Source: Bacteroidales bacterium (GTDB taxonomy: Bacteria > Bacteroidota > Bacteroidia > Bacteroidales > UBA932). Taken from it: 64,000 bases of DNA. Shown here one piece after another: positions 35,138 to 46,040 of the stretch. The position numbers were made by a program, and so were the translations under genes. Position 1 is the first letter of the stretch; each line of letters begins with the position of its first letter. A model generated the notes under the pieces. The model did not search any database, had not been told where the DNA came from, and saw only the letters and a program-made list of their open reading frames with translations. The stretch spans positions 15,112 through 79,111 of the forward strand of contig JAFXNQ010000034.1 of the NCBI GenBank assembly GCA_017529425.1. Reading direction: 5' to 3'.

Positions 35138-36475
35138 ATGCAAAATCGTAACCTCTCAAATAAGCAATTGATCAATCTGAACTTCGGGTATCTTGGAGTC
35201 CAGATTGCATATGCCCTGCAAAGCGCCAATATTTCACGAATCTTCGCGACTCTTGGAGCAGACCCGCACCAGCTGAGCTTCTTCTGGATTCTCCCGCCGC
35301 TGATGGGCATGATTGTCCAGCCACTTATAGGCAAGTGGTCAGACCGTACCTGGTGCCGCATGGGTCGGCGCAAACCTTACTTGCTGGTGGGCGCAATAAT
35401 CGCCGTGCTGGTAATGGCCTTCCTTCCCAACGCCGGCAGCCTGCATTTCTCCACCAGAGTCTTCCTGGGTCTGAACATGGTCATGTGGTTCGGTCTTTTC
35501 TCGCTCATATTCCTGGATACCAGCATTAACGTGGCAATGCAGCCCTTCAAGATGATGGTGGGCGATCTGGTCAATGAGCAGCAGAAAGCCAAGGCCTATT
35601 CCATACAGAGTTTCCTGTGCAACGCCGGCAGCCTGATCGGCTACCTGCTGCCGATATTCTTCACCTGGATAGGCATCGCCAACTCTGCACCGGAGGGAAT
35701 TGTTCCCGCATCGGTGATCACATCGTTCTATGTGGGAGCCGTGATCCTCATCGTTTGCGTGCTTTACACCTTCCTGAATGTCAAAGAGATGCCGCCGGCA
35801 GAGTATGCCGAGTTCCACGGGATTGACACGGAGAAGACAGAAGGGAAGGGAGAAGGTCTCTTCGCCCTGCTCTTCAAGGCTCCCAAGATTTTCTGGACAG
35901 TGGGTCTGGTGCAGTTTTTCTGCTGGGCCGCGTTCCTCTATATGTGGACCTATACCAACGGCACCCTCGCGTTCAACTGCTGGAACGGCGCCACCGACAC
36001 CGCATCTGCCGCATACCAGGCGGCCGGCAATTGGGTGGGTGTCGTATTTGCCGTACAGGCGGTGGGTTCGATACTGTGGGCGCTGGTACTGCCCCGCTTC
36101 AAAAACCTCAAGACCGCCTACATCGTCAGTCTGCTGATTGGTGCTGTGGGCTTCATTGCCGTGGCGTTTATCCACGATAAGTATCTTGCCTGCGCAGCAT
36201 ACTTCCTTATCGGCGCTGCATGGGCGGCGATGCTGGCACTCCCCTTCACGCTGCTTACCAACGCGCTTGAGGGCAATCCTTATATGGGCTCTTACCTGGG
36301 GCTGTTCAACGGCACCATCTGCCTGCCGCAGATTGTGGCGGCCGCGACGGGAGGCCTTGTGCTCAAGGCTGTCGGCGGCACGCAGAGCTCTATGCTGGTT
36401 ATGGCGGGCATCTACCTGATAATAGGTGCCGCGGCAGTGTTGCTCGTGAAAGTGAAACCAACAACCAACCAATAA
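35138..36475 (+). CDS. MFS/GPH-family sugar:cation symporter (maltose/maltodextrin transporter candidate)
   Basis: 12-TM-type ORF. GKWSDRTWCRMGRRKPYLL (RxGRR loop of sucrose/maltose symporter-like proteins). Lies between malQ and susC. Confidence 0.75.
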   Translation: MQNRNLSNKQLINLNFGYLGVQIAYALQSANISRIFATLGADPHQLSFFWILPPLMGMIVQPLIGKWSDRTWCRMGRRKPYLLVGAIIAVLVMAFLPNAGSLHFSTRVFLGLNMVMWFGLFSLIFLDTSINVAMQPFKMMVGDLVNEQQKAKAYSIQSFLCNAGSLIGYLLPIFFTWIGIANSAPEGIVPASVITSFYVGAVILIVCVLYTFLNVKEMPPAEYAEFHGIDTEKTEGKGEGLFALLFKAPKIFWTVGLVQFFCWAAFLYMWTYTNGTLAFNCWNGATDTASAAYQAAGNWVGVVFAVQAVGSILWALVLPRFKNLKTAYIVSLLIGAVGFIAVAFIHDKYLACAAYFLIGAAWAAMLALPFTLLTNALEGNPYMGSYLGLFNGTICLPQIVAAATGGLVLKAVGGTQSSMLVMAGIYLIIGAAAVLLVKVKPTTNQ

Positions 36476-36498
36476 TAAGTTTAACTAATCAACATCTG

Positions 36499-39400
36499 AT
36501 GAAAAGATTTCTAACCGCTGTTGCTGCTATCCTTCTTCTGGGAGGATTGTTCAGCTCATCTGCATCCGCACAAGGCGGATACCAGGTTAAAGGAGTCGTG
36601 ATTGATGCCCTTGGCCCGGTTTACGGTGCCACAGTAATTGAGAAAGGCACCACCAACGGTGTTTCAACCGGCATGGACGGCGACTTTGTCCTGAATGTAA
36701 GCGGCGAAAATGCTGTAGTAGAGATAAGCTGCATAGGCTATTCCACCCAGACATTCCCCGCAAATGCGGTTCCCGCTACTATCACTCTGGCAGAAGACAA
36801 CGAATTCCTTGACGAGGTTGTCGTCATCGGATACGGTTCCCAGAGCAAGAAGGAGGTCACCGGCAGTGTGGCTTCCCTAAAACCCGATGACTTTAACCAG
36901 GGCTCAGTGGCCAACCCCATGGGTTTGCTGCAGGGCAAGGTATCCGGCTTGAATGTTATCAAGAACGGTGGTGACGACCCCGCCCAGAACAGCTACAACG
37001 TACAGTTGCGCGGTGTGGGCTCGCTGAACGGTTCTACCGAACCTTTGTATGTAATCGACGGTGTGCCGGGCGGTAACCTCTCTTCTGTACAGCCCGCCGA
37101 CATCGAGTCCATCGACATCCTCAAGGACGGTTCTGCAGCCGCCATCTACGGTACCCGTGCCAACGCCGGTGTCATCCTGATCACCACCCGCCGCGGCAAC
37201 AAGGACGGCGCTTTCTCTGCGGAGTATAACGGCAACGCCAGCGTGGGCTTCATCACCAACGTGCCGCGCGTGCTCAACTCGCAGGAGTATCGCGACCTTA
37301 TGGTGGCCAAGGGGCTCGGAACCGATTTTGGCGCCGACACCGACTGGGTCAAGGCCATCTCCCGCAACCCGATATCGCACACCCACAACGTGTCGATTAC
37401 GGGAGGCACCGAGAAGTTCAACTACCGCGCCTCTGTCGGCTACCGCAACCTCCAGGGTATCGCCCTCAAGTCCGATTTTGATGAGCTTCAGGGCCGTTTT
37501 GCCGCCGATCAGAAGGCATTTAACGACCGCCTGCAGATCTCCTACGACTTCTCTTATACCCGCGGCGTCAAGGACTGGGCAAACTACGACAACTTTAACC
37601 AGGCCATCCGCTCCAACCCCACGATGCCCATCTATTCCGACGATGAGAAATTCGTGAAATACGGCGGATATTATGAGTCCGACAACTTCTACACCCGTAA
37701 TCCCGTGTCTGACATTGACCAGACCACAAACCAGCAGAAAGACCAGAATATGATTGGCAGCGTACGCGCCACCCTGGACATCTGCCGTGGACTCAAGTTC
37801 ACCACCGCATACTCGCTGCAGGAGACAACTACCTGGAACGGTAAGTACCAGAAGAGCACCCTGCGCGAAGTTTCCGGCCGCGACGGCGTCGCAAGCCAGA
37901 GCTATGCTGCAGTAACTCAGCAGGTTGTGGAGAATACACTCAACTATATGGGCAACTCGGGCCGCCACAACTACCAGTTCCTGCTTGGCCAGAGTTATCA
38001 GACCAACCTGAGCCAGGGTTTCTCTGCAAACAACTCTATTTTCCCTCTGGACAAGGTTCTGTTCAACAATCTCGGCCTTGGAGAGGGTAAACTCTCCGGC
38101 AAGAGCGACGAGGCCAATATGTCCAGCAACAAATACAAAGACAAACTTGCATCGTTCTTCGTTCGCGGTATGTACAACTTTGCCGGCAAATACTTCTTCT
38201 CTGCCAGCGCCCGTCTGGAGGGCAGCTCCAAGTTTGGCAGCAAGGCCAATCCGGTGCTCGGTCCCTGGGGTCTCTTCCCCTCCGTTTCTGCCAGCTGGAT
38301 TATCACAGAAGAGGATTTCATGAAGAATGTCACCTGGCTGGACGAGCTCAAGTTGCGTGCCGGTTATGGTGTCACCGGTAACATGCCCGGCAGCTCATAC
38401 CTGTATATGATGCTGGTGGGTCCCGGCAGCGACTACATCTTCTCCAACGGCAAGTTCATCCTCCCCTGGGGTCCCCAGACAAACGTGAACGAGTATATCC
38501 GCTGGGAAGAGAAGCGCGAGACAAACGTCGGCCTTGACTTTGCAATGCTGGACGGCCGCCTGTGGGGTACCATTGACGGATACTTCCGCAATACCACCAA
38601 CTTGCTCTATGAATATGACGTGCCCCTGACCGGCGGCAACGTATCTGCCAAGAAATGGGATAACTACGGCCAGATTCACAACTACGGCGTGGAGCTCAGC
38701 CTCAACGGCATAATCGTGAAGACCCGTGACTTCAACTGGACTGCAGGGCTCAACGCCGCCTGGAACCGCAACCGGGTGGTCCGCATCACGGGCGAACAGT
38801 ACGGCGAGACAGATGCCCAGGGTAACCACATCGCTGCATATCAGAACGTCGGTTATATATCTTCCGGCGACGGCGAGACCGGCAATTACGTGATGCGTCT
38901 GGTAGAAGGCGAGGCTGTGGGCAACTACTATGGCCTCAAGTATGCCACCATCAAGGACGACGGTACCTGGATGTTCTTTACCCCTGCCGGCGGCTACACC
39001 AGCGAACCGACCGATGCCGACAAGCAGGTGCTTGGCAACGCCTTCCCTCTGGTAACCCTCGGTTTCTACACATCTCTCAGCTACAAGAACTTTGATCTGG
39101 GCCTCAACTTCCGCGGCCAGATCGGAGGCCTCTATTTCAATGAGACCCGTTACTTCTACGAGAACACCCGCGGTACTGAGAACGTGCTTCTGAGTGCCTT
39201 CAGCGGTGAGGCAGAGAAACTTACCCACTGGATAGACAACCCCGGGAGCACCAAGGCCTCCCTGCGCCGTTTCTCTGACTTCTATCTGGAAGATGCCACT
39301 TACGTGAAGCTGAACGATGTCACTTTTGGATGGACACCTGTAATCAAGGGTGCCTTCTCTGACTACGTCAAGTCCCTGCGTCTGTACATCAATGCGCAGA

Positions 39401-39537
39401 ACCTGTTCACTATCACCAAATACCAGGGTCACGACCCCTCTACCGTGAACTTGTCCGGACTCGCTCCCGGCTTTGACGGCCGCTCGTATTATCCGACTCA
39501 GAGGACCGTCTCCCTGGGTGTCAACATTAACTTCTAG
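36499..39537 (+). CDS. susC: SusC/RagA-family TonB-dependent outer-membrane transporter (starch PUL)
   Basis: Signal peptide, carboxypeptidase-regulatory-like domain (YQVKGVVIDALGPVYGATV), plug with the TonB box region DEVVVIGYGSQSKK, and the C-terminal beta-barrel ending LGVNINF. Confidence 0.9.
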   Translation: MKRFLTAVAAILLLGGLFSSSASAQGGYQVKGVVIDALGPVYGATVIEKGTTNGVSTGMDGDFVLNVSGENAVVEISCIGYSTQTFPANAVPATITLAEDNEFLDEVVVIGYGSQSKKEVTGSVASLKPDDFNQGSVANPMGLLQGKVSGLNVIKNGGDDPAQNSYNVQLRGVGSLNGSTEPLYVIDGVPGGNLSSVQPADIESIDILKDGSAAAIYGTRANAGVILITTRRGNKDGAFSAEYNGNASVGFITNVPRVLNSQEYRDLMVAKGLGTDFGADTDWVKAISRNPISHTHNVSITGGTEKFNYRASVGYRNLQGIALKSDFDELQGRFAADQKAFNDRLQISYDFSYTRGVKDWANYDNFNQAIRSNPTMPIYSDDEKFVKYGGYYESDNFYTRNPVSDIDQTTNQQKDQNMIGSVRATLDICRGLKFTTAYSLQETTTWNGKYQKSTLREVSGRDGVASQSYAAVTQQVVENTLNYMGNSGRHNYQFLLGQSYQTNLSQGFSANNSIFPLDKVLFNNLGLGEGKLSGKSDEANMSSNKYKDKLASFFVRGMYNFAGKYFFSASARLEGSSKFGSKANPVLGPWGLFPSVSASWIITEEDFMKNVTWLDELKLRAGYGVTGNMPGSSYLYMMLVGPGSDYIFSNGKFILPWGPQTNVNEYIRWEEKRETNVGLDFAMLDGRLWGTIDGYFRNTTNLLYEYDVPLTGGNVSAKKWDNYGQIHNYGVELSLNGIIVKTRDFNWTAGLNAAWNRNRVVRITGEQYGETDAQGNHIAAYQNVGYISSGDGETGNYVMRLVEGEAVGNYYGLKYATIKDDGTWMFFTPAGGYTSEPTDADKQVLGNAFPLVTLGFYTSLSYKNFDLGLNFRGQIGGLYFNETRYFYENTRGTENVLLSAFSGEAEKLTHWIDNPGSTKASLRRFSDFYLEDATYVKLNDVTFGWTPVIKGAFSDYVKSLRLYINAQNLFTITKYQGHDPSTVNLSGLAPGFDGRSYYPTQRTVSLGVNINF

Positions 39538-39548
39538 TGAAAGAGCGT

Positions 39549-41117
39549 ATGAAAAAGTTTTATAATATACTCATAGCAGTCATCGGCCTGTGTGCCGTCT
39601 CCTGCACCGACCTTACTCCGGAAGTTTATACGGATGTACTCAAAGATGATTACTTCCAGACTCCCGAACAGTTCTCTACCCTGATTGCCAACGCATATTC
39701 ACAGCTGGCCGGCGAATACGGCTACGTATATCGCGAGGGCTTCTGGAGCCTTCAGGAATATACTTCTGACGAGGTGGTTATCCCCACCCGTGGCACCGAC
39801 TGGTTTGACGGCGGTGTGCCCATCGCAATGCATACCCACACCTGGGAGAGCGACACCCGCGACATCAACAATGGCTGGAGTTTTGCATTCGGTGGTGTTA
39901 CAAAGTGCAACATCGTGATTGACAACATCCACACTATAGCAGGAGAGGACGAATCCTCCTGGAGCGACGCCGCCAAGGCCGGTCTTGCCGAGGCCAAGAT
40001 TCTCCGTGCATTCTACCACCTTCTGGCGATGGATGTGTATGGCAACGTCCACATTGACGACGGTGAGCGCGAAATCAAACAGTACACCCGCAAAGAGGTG
40101 TTCGAGTGGATTGAAAAAGAGCTCAAGGAGAATGCGGAACTGGTAGACGATACCGTCCGTTACGGCTCTATGACCCGTCCCGTGGCCTATATGATTCTTG
40201 CCAAACTCTACCTCAACGCTGAGGTTTACACCGGCACCCCCCGCTGGGCAGAGGCCGAGGAGTATTGTGACAAGATCATAAACGGTGGTTACGGCTACGA
40301 CTTGAACGACGATTACTTTGCTGCATTCACCACAAACAATACCGGTAACAAGGAGATCATTTTCCCCATCGTGTTTGACTCGGTATATGCCAACGGCAAC
40401 ATGTTCCACCTGATCACAAACCACTACGCAATGCGTGACGTTTTCAGTTTCTCCACCGATTGCTGGAACGGTCCCTGCACACTGGAGTCGTTCTACAACC
40501 TCTACGCTGAGAGCGATGTCCGCAGGAACCAGTGGTTCGTAGGTCCGGTTTATGATACCCCGGCAGATTGGAAGACTCTGATATACAACCGTTCTTCCTG
40601 GACAGGCAACGTGGTGGAATGGAAACATGGTCAAAGTGAATTCAAGGTTATAATTACCCCCGAGGTGACAACTATTCAGGAGCCTTCTGCTTCCAACTCC
40701 TGCGAAGGCGCCCGCTTTATCAAATTCCAGTTTGAGAACGGCATTGCACACCATGCCGACAGCGACTTCCCTATCTACCGCTATGCTGATGTGCTGCTTA
40801 TGAAAGCCGAGGCCCGCATGCGCCAGCAGAAAGGCATTCCGGATGATACCGCACTCGAGTGCGTGAACAAGGTGCACCGTCGCGCCGGCTTGCCCGATTA
40901 CACTGCCGCCCAACTCACTTATGACGAATTGCTGAAAGAGCGCGGCCGCGAACTTGCATGGGAAGGACACCGCCGCGACGACCTGATCCGCTTTGGCAAG
41001 TATGGAGAAAAATGGGAATTCAAGGAGACCAGCGACAAAAATCACCAGCTGTTCCCCATCCCCGACTGGGTAAGGGACGGCGCCCCCGGCGTTTACGAAC
41101 AGAATCCCGGATACTAA
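39549..41117 (+). CDS. susD: SusD/RagB-family nutrient-binding outer-membrane lipoprotein
   Basis: ATG 39549 gives MKKFYNILIAVIGLCAVSC (lipobox). TPR-like SusD body. C-terminal RxRELAWEGHRRDDLIRF motif. Follows susC directly. Confidence 0.85.
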   Translation: MKKFYNILIAVIGLCAVSCTDLTPEVYTDVLKDDYFQTPEQFSTLIANAYSQLAGEYGYVYREGFWSLQEYTSDEVVIPTRGTDWFDGGVPIAMHTHTWESDTRDINNGWSFAFGGVTKCNIVIDNIHTIAGEDESSWSDAAKAGLAEAKILRAFYHLLAMDVYGNVHIDDGEREIKQYTRKEVFEWIEKELKENAELVDDTVRYGSMTRPVAYMILAKLYLNAEVYTGTPRWAEAEEYCDKIINGGYGYDLNDDYFAAFTTNNTGNKEIIFPIVFDSVYANGNMFHLITNHYAMRDVFSFSTDCWNGPCTLESFYNLYAESDVRRNQWFVGPVYDTPADWKTLIYNRSSWTGNVVEWKHGQSEFKVIITPEVTTIQEPSASNSCEGARFIKFQFENGIAHHADSDFPIYRYADVLLMKAEARMRQQKGIPDDTALECVNKVHRRAGLPDYTAAQLTYDELLKERGRELAWEGHRRDDLIRFGKYGEKWEFKETSDKNHQLFPIPDWVRDGAPGVYEQNPGY

Positions 41118-41166
41118 TAACTAATATCGATAATATAACAATCAACTAATCTTTAACACTTTTACA

Positions 41167-42633
41167 ATGAAGAAAGTATTATTTGCATTTTGTGCACTGG
41201 CTATCGCATTCTGCGTGACAGCCTGCAAGGATCCCAACAATGATCCCATCAACCCCGATGACATTGTTGAGGACGGCGTTTATGTAACCGGCGACGCTAC
41301 CGGCTTTGACAAAGTTTCCGACGTTCTGCGTATGGCCGGCGGTATCAACGAGGCAAAGGACCAGAGCGCTCGCGACGGTATGTTTGAAAAATATATCGTG
41401 CTGCAGGGCGGAAAGGAATTCTCCCTGATCTGGGTCAATGGCGGCCAGAAGAATTTCTACGGCGCTTCCCTGGAAGAGTTCACTCCCACCGATTTCTCCG
41501 GCATCTATCAGGACAACCCCGCCACACCCATCCAGAAGGGTGCGCTCGTAGTGGGTGAATCCGCTCCCAAGATGAAAGTTGCAAAGACCGGCTTGTATCA
41601 CATCGTTCTCGATTTGAACAAGGCCAACGACCTGGACAATGCACAGATTCTCGTCGCTCCCGCTAACTGGGGTGTACGCGGCGGCATGAACGGATGGAGT
41701 TTCACTGAGATGACCGCAACCGCTGCATCCAACGACGGTATGACTTTCACCATTGAAAATGCAGAGCTCGTGAACGGTCTCGAGTTCAAATTCGCCTATG
41801 GCGGTGCATGGAAAATCACCCTTGACAATGCTGGTGAGGTTAAGGCAAACACCAACCTTGGCCAGAACAGCAAGCCCGGCGGAGACAACTTCGTGGTTGA
41901 GACTCCCGGTCTGTACAACATCTCCCTCACTTTCAAACTCGCTGCAGGTGAAATTGCCAACAGCTTCTCTTACAAGATTGAACTTGGCGAGGAGATTGAA
42001 ATCACCGCTCCCGAGCATATGTACATGATTGGCGCTCAGTGGGGTAGCTGGGCTTGGGATTCCGACGGAATAGTTGAACTCTCCGGCATCCCCTCTGCTC
42101 CCGGTTACTTCTGGTGCACCCGTTATTTCGAGGCTGCTAACGGCTTCAAGTTCTGCGCACTCAAAGAGTGGAGCGGCGACTTTACCGGTGACGGCACTGT
42201 AGGTTACACCGTAAATGAAGGCAACTGCTGGGTTCCTGAGGACGGCTTCTACACTGTATTCGTAAACGGCAACGACAAGGTTGTCGAGATTTATCCTGCA
42301 GAGGTTTATGGTATCGGTTCCGCATGGGGTGCAGATGCTTGGGACTTCAATGCTCCCGACATCGTTAAATTCCAGCCCGACGGCCGCACTCTGGTTGCTA
42401 CAGTTACCAACACCGACGCTGCAGTACGTCTCTCTTCCAAGATCGTTCCTTCCGCTCCTATCGACGGTATCACCACTCCTAACGGCTGGATTGACTGGTG
42501 GAAGACTGAGTTCGTATACTTTGACGGCAAGATCGCATACCGCGGTGCAGGTGGAGACCAGGAGCGCGTAGCTGTTGAGGCTGGCCAGCAGATTACCATC
42601 GACTTCAACGCCGGTACTGTAACCGTAGAGTAA
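41167..42633 (+). CDS. SusE/SusF-like surface starch-binding lipoprotein
   Basis: Lipobox FCVTAC. Repeated beta-sandwich modules with W-rich GWS/NGW motifs. Sits at the susE/F position between susD and the amylase. Confidence 0.55.
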   Translation: MKKVLFAFCALAIAFCVTACKDPNNDPINPDDIVEDGVYVTGDATGFDKVSDVLRMAGGINEAKDQSARDGMFEKYIVLQGGKEFSLIWVNGGQKNFYGASLEEFTPTDFSGIYQDNPATPIQKGALVVGESAPKMKVAKTGLYHIVLDLNKANDLDNAQILVAPANWGVRGGMNGWSFTEMTATAASNDGMTFTIENAELVNGLEFKFAYGGAWKITLDNAGEVKANTNLGQNSKPGGDNFVVETPGLYNISLTFKLAAGEIANSFSYKIELGEEIEITAPEHMYMIGAQWGSWAWDSDGIVELSGIPSAPGYFWCTRYFEAANGFKFCALKEWSGDFTGDGTVGYTVNEGNCWVPEDGFYTVFVNGNDKVVEIYPAEVYGIGSAWGADAWDFNAPDIVKFQPDGRTLVATVTNTDAAVRLSSKIVPSAPIDGITTPNGWIDWWKTEFVYFDGKIAYRGAGGDQERVAVEAGQQITIDFNAGTVTVE

Positions 42634-42696
42634 TCACACTCTCAATACTTTTGGCCTGCAAGCCCCTGATACGGACTTGCAGGTCCCATTTAAAGG

Positions 42697-44637
42697 ATGC
42701 CTATGAAAAAGATGCTCACAGCGTTCACGCTGGTGGCAGTGCTGACCGCCGCCAGCTGCGACCCAACGAATAAGATAACTCCAACTCCGGAAGACACGTT
42801 CGTAAAACTGGCTGACATCACCTACCAGCTCAATGTATATAGTTTTGCCGACAGCGACGGTGACGGCTGGGGTGACATCAAGGGTATCACGCAGCATCTG
42901 GATTACCTTGACCAGCTGGGAGTATCTGCCATCTGGCTCTCCCCCATCCAGACCTCTGGATCTTATCATGGCTATGACGTTCTGGATTATTATTCCATCA
43001 ATCCAAAACTTGGCACCGAGGCCGATCTAAAAGAACTTATCGACAAGGCTGCGGAGAAGAATATTGACATCTATATGGACTATGTGCTGAACCATTCCGG
43101 CCGAGGTGATTGGTTCAACAGCGCCATTTCATCTGAGAGCAGCCCCTACCGAAGCTATTATGTCCTATCTGACAACTGGTCGGCAGATGTTTACGCCGGA
43201 AGGGTCGATAACTTCGTCGGTTCTTCCAACCCTTATATGGGAGAATGGCATTCTGTCTCGGGCGGCGACATTGGATACAAGGGGCGTTTGCACTTTCTGC
43301 TGGACTGGAATGCCAAAACTGTGACGGTGACAGAGACTTCAGCCTCTGCCCAGGTATCCAACGCTTCTGCCAGCAAATGGCTCTGGATAGGCAGCGGAAG
43401 CCTTGTCGGGCTCTATGAAACATCCTCAGGCATCCATGAAATCACCATTGATGTCAACACCGACTGGGGCTTTTTGGTGCGCAGCTCTTCCACCAGTTGG
43501 GATGGAGGCACCAAGTGGGGCGGCGACGGCAGCAGTATCACCTTTGGCAAACCGTTTGCCATAAACAACACCTCCCCCGCCGACATCACCTTTGGCGGGC
43601 AGCAGATATGGTATTTCGCGGCATTTGACAGCTCGATGCCAGATCTCAACTACGGACCTTATGCGGAGGCCTCACAGTCCGCTGCCTTCAATGACCTTGC
43701 AAAGAGCGCCGACAAATGGATCAATATGGGCGTCAACGGTCTGCGGCTGGATGCCGTAATGTGGATTTACCAGCGTAGGGCATCGGCAAACGCCTCTTTT
43801 CTCAAGCAATGGTACGACCGCTGCAACGCCACCTACAAAGCACGCGGAGGTAAAGGCGAAATGTATATGGTAGGCGAAGCCTGGGAGGAGACCGGCAAGA
43901 TAAAGGAGTATTACAAAGGGCTCCCGTCTCTGTTCAATTTCAGTTACTGGTGGACCCTTAAAGACCGTATCGGGAGGGGCAAGGGCAACGATTTTGCCGC
44001 CACTGTGCTCTGGTTCCGCGATCAGTACAAGCCTTTCCGCAGTGACTTTATCGACGCCATCAAACTCTCAAACCACGATGAAGACCGTGCCGGCAGCGAC
44101 CTTAACCGCGACAAGAACAAGATGAAACTTGCCGGCGCCGTGCTGCTCACATCCCCGGGCAAGCCATTCATATATCAGGGTGAGGAGCTGGGCTACTGGG
44201 GCACCAAGTCTGGCGGCGACGAATATATCCGCACCCCAGTCAAATGGACAGTGGATGGCACCGTTCCCTCTGCCGGCCTCAACGGCAAGGTCGATTTCAA
44301 TATGCTGACCGGCAGCATTTCCGTTGAATATCAGACTTCACACGAAGAGTCCGTGCTGAACACTTATAAAAAATTCGCGCGCGCACGTAACACCCACCCC
44401 GCCCTTGCCTCCGGCACTATGGCAGAGATTGCCTGCAGCGTCAATCCGATTGCTCTGTGGACCATGACCGGCGGCAGCGAAACATTGCTGGTAGCGCACA
44501 ATTTCAGCGGCAGCGCCGCTACCGTCTCCCTGTCGGGTTACAAATTAAACTCCCCGGTCGTTGCAAATGGCGATATAAGCGTCAGCGGCGAAAACCTGAC
44601 CCTGGGCGCATATTCTTCTGTCGTTTTCAAACAATAA
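42697..44637 (+). CDS. susG: GH13 alpha-amylase lipoprotein, SusG-like (large insertion in the catalytic domain)
   Basis: Lipobox LTAASC. GH13 regions DYVLNHSG, NGLRLDAV, MVGEAWEE, LSNHDEDR. About 220 aa are inserted between regions I and II, which is the position where SusG carries CBM58. Confidence 0.8.
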   Translation: MPMKKMLTAFTLVAVLTAASCDPTNKITPTPEDTFVKLADITYQLNVYSFADSDGDGWGDIKGITQHLDYLDQLGVSAIWLSPIQTSGSYHGYDVLDYYSINPKLGTEADLKELIDKAAEKNIDIYMDYVLNHSGRGDWFNSAISSESSPYRSYYVLSDNWSADVYAGRVDNFVGSSNPYMGEWHSVSGGDIGYKGRLHFLLDWNAKTVTVTETSASAQVSNASASKWLWIGSGSLVGLYETSSGIHEITIDVNTDWGFLVRSSSTSWDGGTKWGGDGSSITFGKPFAINNTSPADITFGGQQIWYFAAFDSSMPDLNYGPYAEASQSAAFNDLAKSADKWINMGVNGLRLDAVMWIYQRRASANASFLKQWYDRCNATYKARGGKGEMYMVGEAWEETGKIKEYYKGLPSLFNFSYWWTLKDRIGRGKGNDFAATVLWFRDQYKPFRSDFIDAIKLSNHDEDRAGSDLNRDKNKMKLAGAVLLTSPGKPFIYQGEELGYWGTKSGGDEYIRTPVKWTVDGTVPSAGLNGKVDFNMLTGSISVEYQTSHEESVLNTYKKFARARNTHPALASGTMAEIACSVNPIALWTMTGGSETLLVAHNFSGSAATVSLSGYKLNSPVVANGDISVSGENLTLGAYSSVVFKQ

Positions 44638-44656
44638 TCTTGATAACCAACCGATT

Positions 44657-45985
44657 ATGAAAAAGATACTTTTTGCTTGGGCGGCCGTTACCGCACTGTT
44701 TGCCTGCAGCCCAAAAGAGCAGGTGGCTCACCATCCGGAGTGGACCTACAACTCCGTATTGTATGAAGTAAACATCCGCCAGTATTCGCCTGAAGGCACC
44801 TTTGCCGGCGTTGAAGCTCAGCTTCCGCGCCTCAAGGAATTGGGCGTAGATATCCTCTGGCTTATGCCGATGTATGAAATCGGAGTCGAGGGACGCAAGG
44901 GCACCCTGGGCTCTTACTATGCCATCAGCGACTATTGCAAGGTCAATCCCGAGTTTGGCACCATGAAAGACTTTGACAGCCTGCTGGCCGCTGCCCATCA
45001 GCTTGGATTCAAGGTAATTCTGGACTGGGTGGCCAACCAGACCGCACCCGACCATATCTGGATGACCACAAAGCCTGCGGAGTTCTATGAACGGGACTCG
45101 CTGGGCAACGCTACCTGGGAGTACGACTGGACAGATACCCGCAGCCTTAACTACGACTGCAAAGAGGTTTGGGCGGCACAGGAGGAGTGCATGCGCTTCT
45201 GGCTGGACAAAGGGGTGGACGGTTTCCGCTGCGACGCCGCCGGCGAGATGCCTGCGGAGTTCTGGCAGAGCGTTATGCCAGGCCTTAATGCCGACTACCC
45301 CGAAGCCTACTTCCTGGCAGAAGCCGAACGCACCAACCTTGCCGACCCCGACAGCTGTTTCGATGCCACCTACGCCTGGGAGCTGCACCACCTGCTGGGC
45401 GACATCGCCGCAGGGCAGAAAACCTTTGACGAACTGCGCGCCTATCTGGACCGCGATGCGGCAAATTACCCCGAGAGTGCATATCGCATGACCTTCACCT
45501 CCAACCACGACGAGAACAGCTGGCAGGGGACCGAATTCGAGCGGATGGGCGACTGCGCCAATGCATGTGAGGTACTCTGCTTTACCCTTCCAAAGAGCCA
45601 ACCACTGGTTTACACCGGGCAGGAGATCGGCCTGAGCCGCCGACTGCAGTTCTTTGAAAAAGATCCCATAGAGGATTGGAGCTCCAACGATTTCACCGAT
45701 TTCTTCAAGAAGCTCGTATGGCTCAAACATAACAATCCGGCCCTGGATGCGGGCGAGCGCGGAGGTGTCTATGCAGAGATTCCCCAGAATACAGACGGGG
45801 TATTCGCCTTCAGCCGCACAAAAGAAGGCAACCAGGTGATTGTCGCTGTCAACTTTGGCACCGACCCCGCTGTGGCAGACCTCGCCCTTGACGGTGATTA
45901 CACAGACGCCTTTAACGGCGACCGCCTCTCAGGCGCCTGCACCACTACCCTCCCCGCCGGCGGCTATCTTGTGCTGGTGAAATAA
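44657..45985 (+). CDS. GH13-family alpha-amylase/alpha-glucosidase, periplasmic lipoprotein
   Basis: Lipobox LFACSP. YEVNIRQYSPEGTF...LGVDILWLMP, GFRCDAAGEMP, FLAEAE, FTSNHDENS. Confidence 0.8.
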   Translation: MKKILFAWAAVTALFACSPKEQVAHHPEWTYNSVLYEVNIRQYSPEGTFAGVEAQLPRLKELGVDILWLMPMYEIGVEGRKGTLGSYYAISDYCKVNPEFGTMKDFDSLLAAAHQLGFKVILDWVANQTAPDHIWMTTKPAEFYERDSLGNATWEYDWTDTRSLNYDCKEVWAAQEECMRFWLDKGVDGFRCDAAGEMPAEFWQSVMPGLNADYPEAYFLAEAERTNLADPDSCFDATYAWELHHLLGDIAAGQKTFDELRAYLDRDAANYPESAYRMTFTSNHDENSWQGTEFERMGDCANACEVLCFTLPKSQPLVYTGQEIGLSRRLQFFEKDPIEDWSSNDFTDFFKKLVWLKHNNPALDAGERGGVYAEIPQNTDGVFAFSRTKEGNQVIVAVNFGTDPAVADLALDGDYTDAFNGDRLSGACTTTLPAGGYLVLVK

Positions 45986-46032
45986 CAACGTTAAACGAAT
46001 CAACAATGCTTTTGCGAGACAAGAATTATTCT

Positions 46033-46040
46033 TACCTTTG
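46033..46040 (+). promoter_or_regulatory. Candidate -7 box (TAccTTTG) for tRNA-Ala
   Basis: TACCTTTG ends 12 nt before the tRNA 5' end. Confidence 0.45.
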
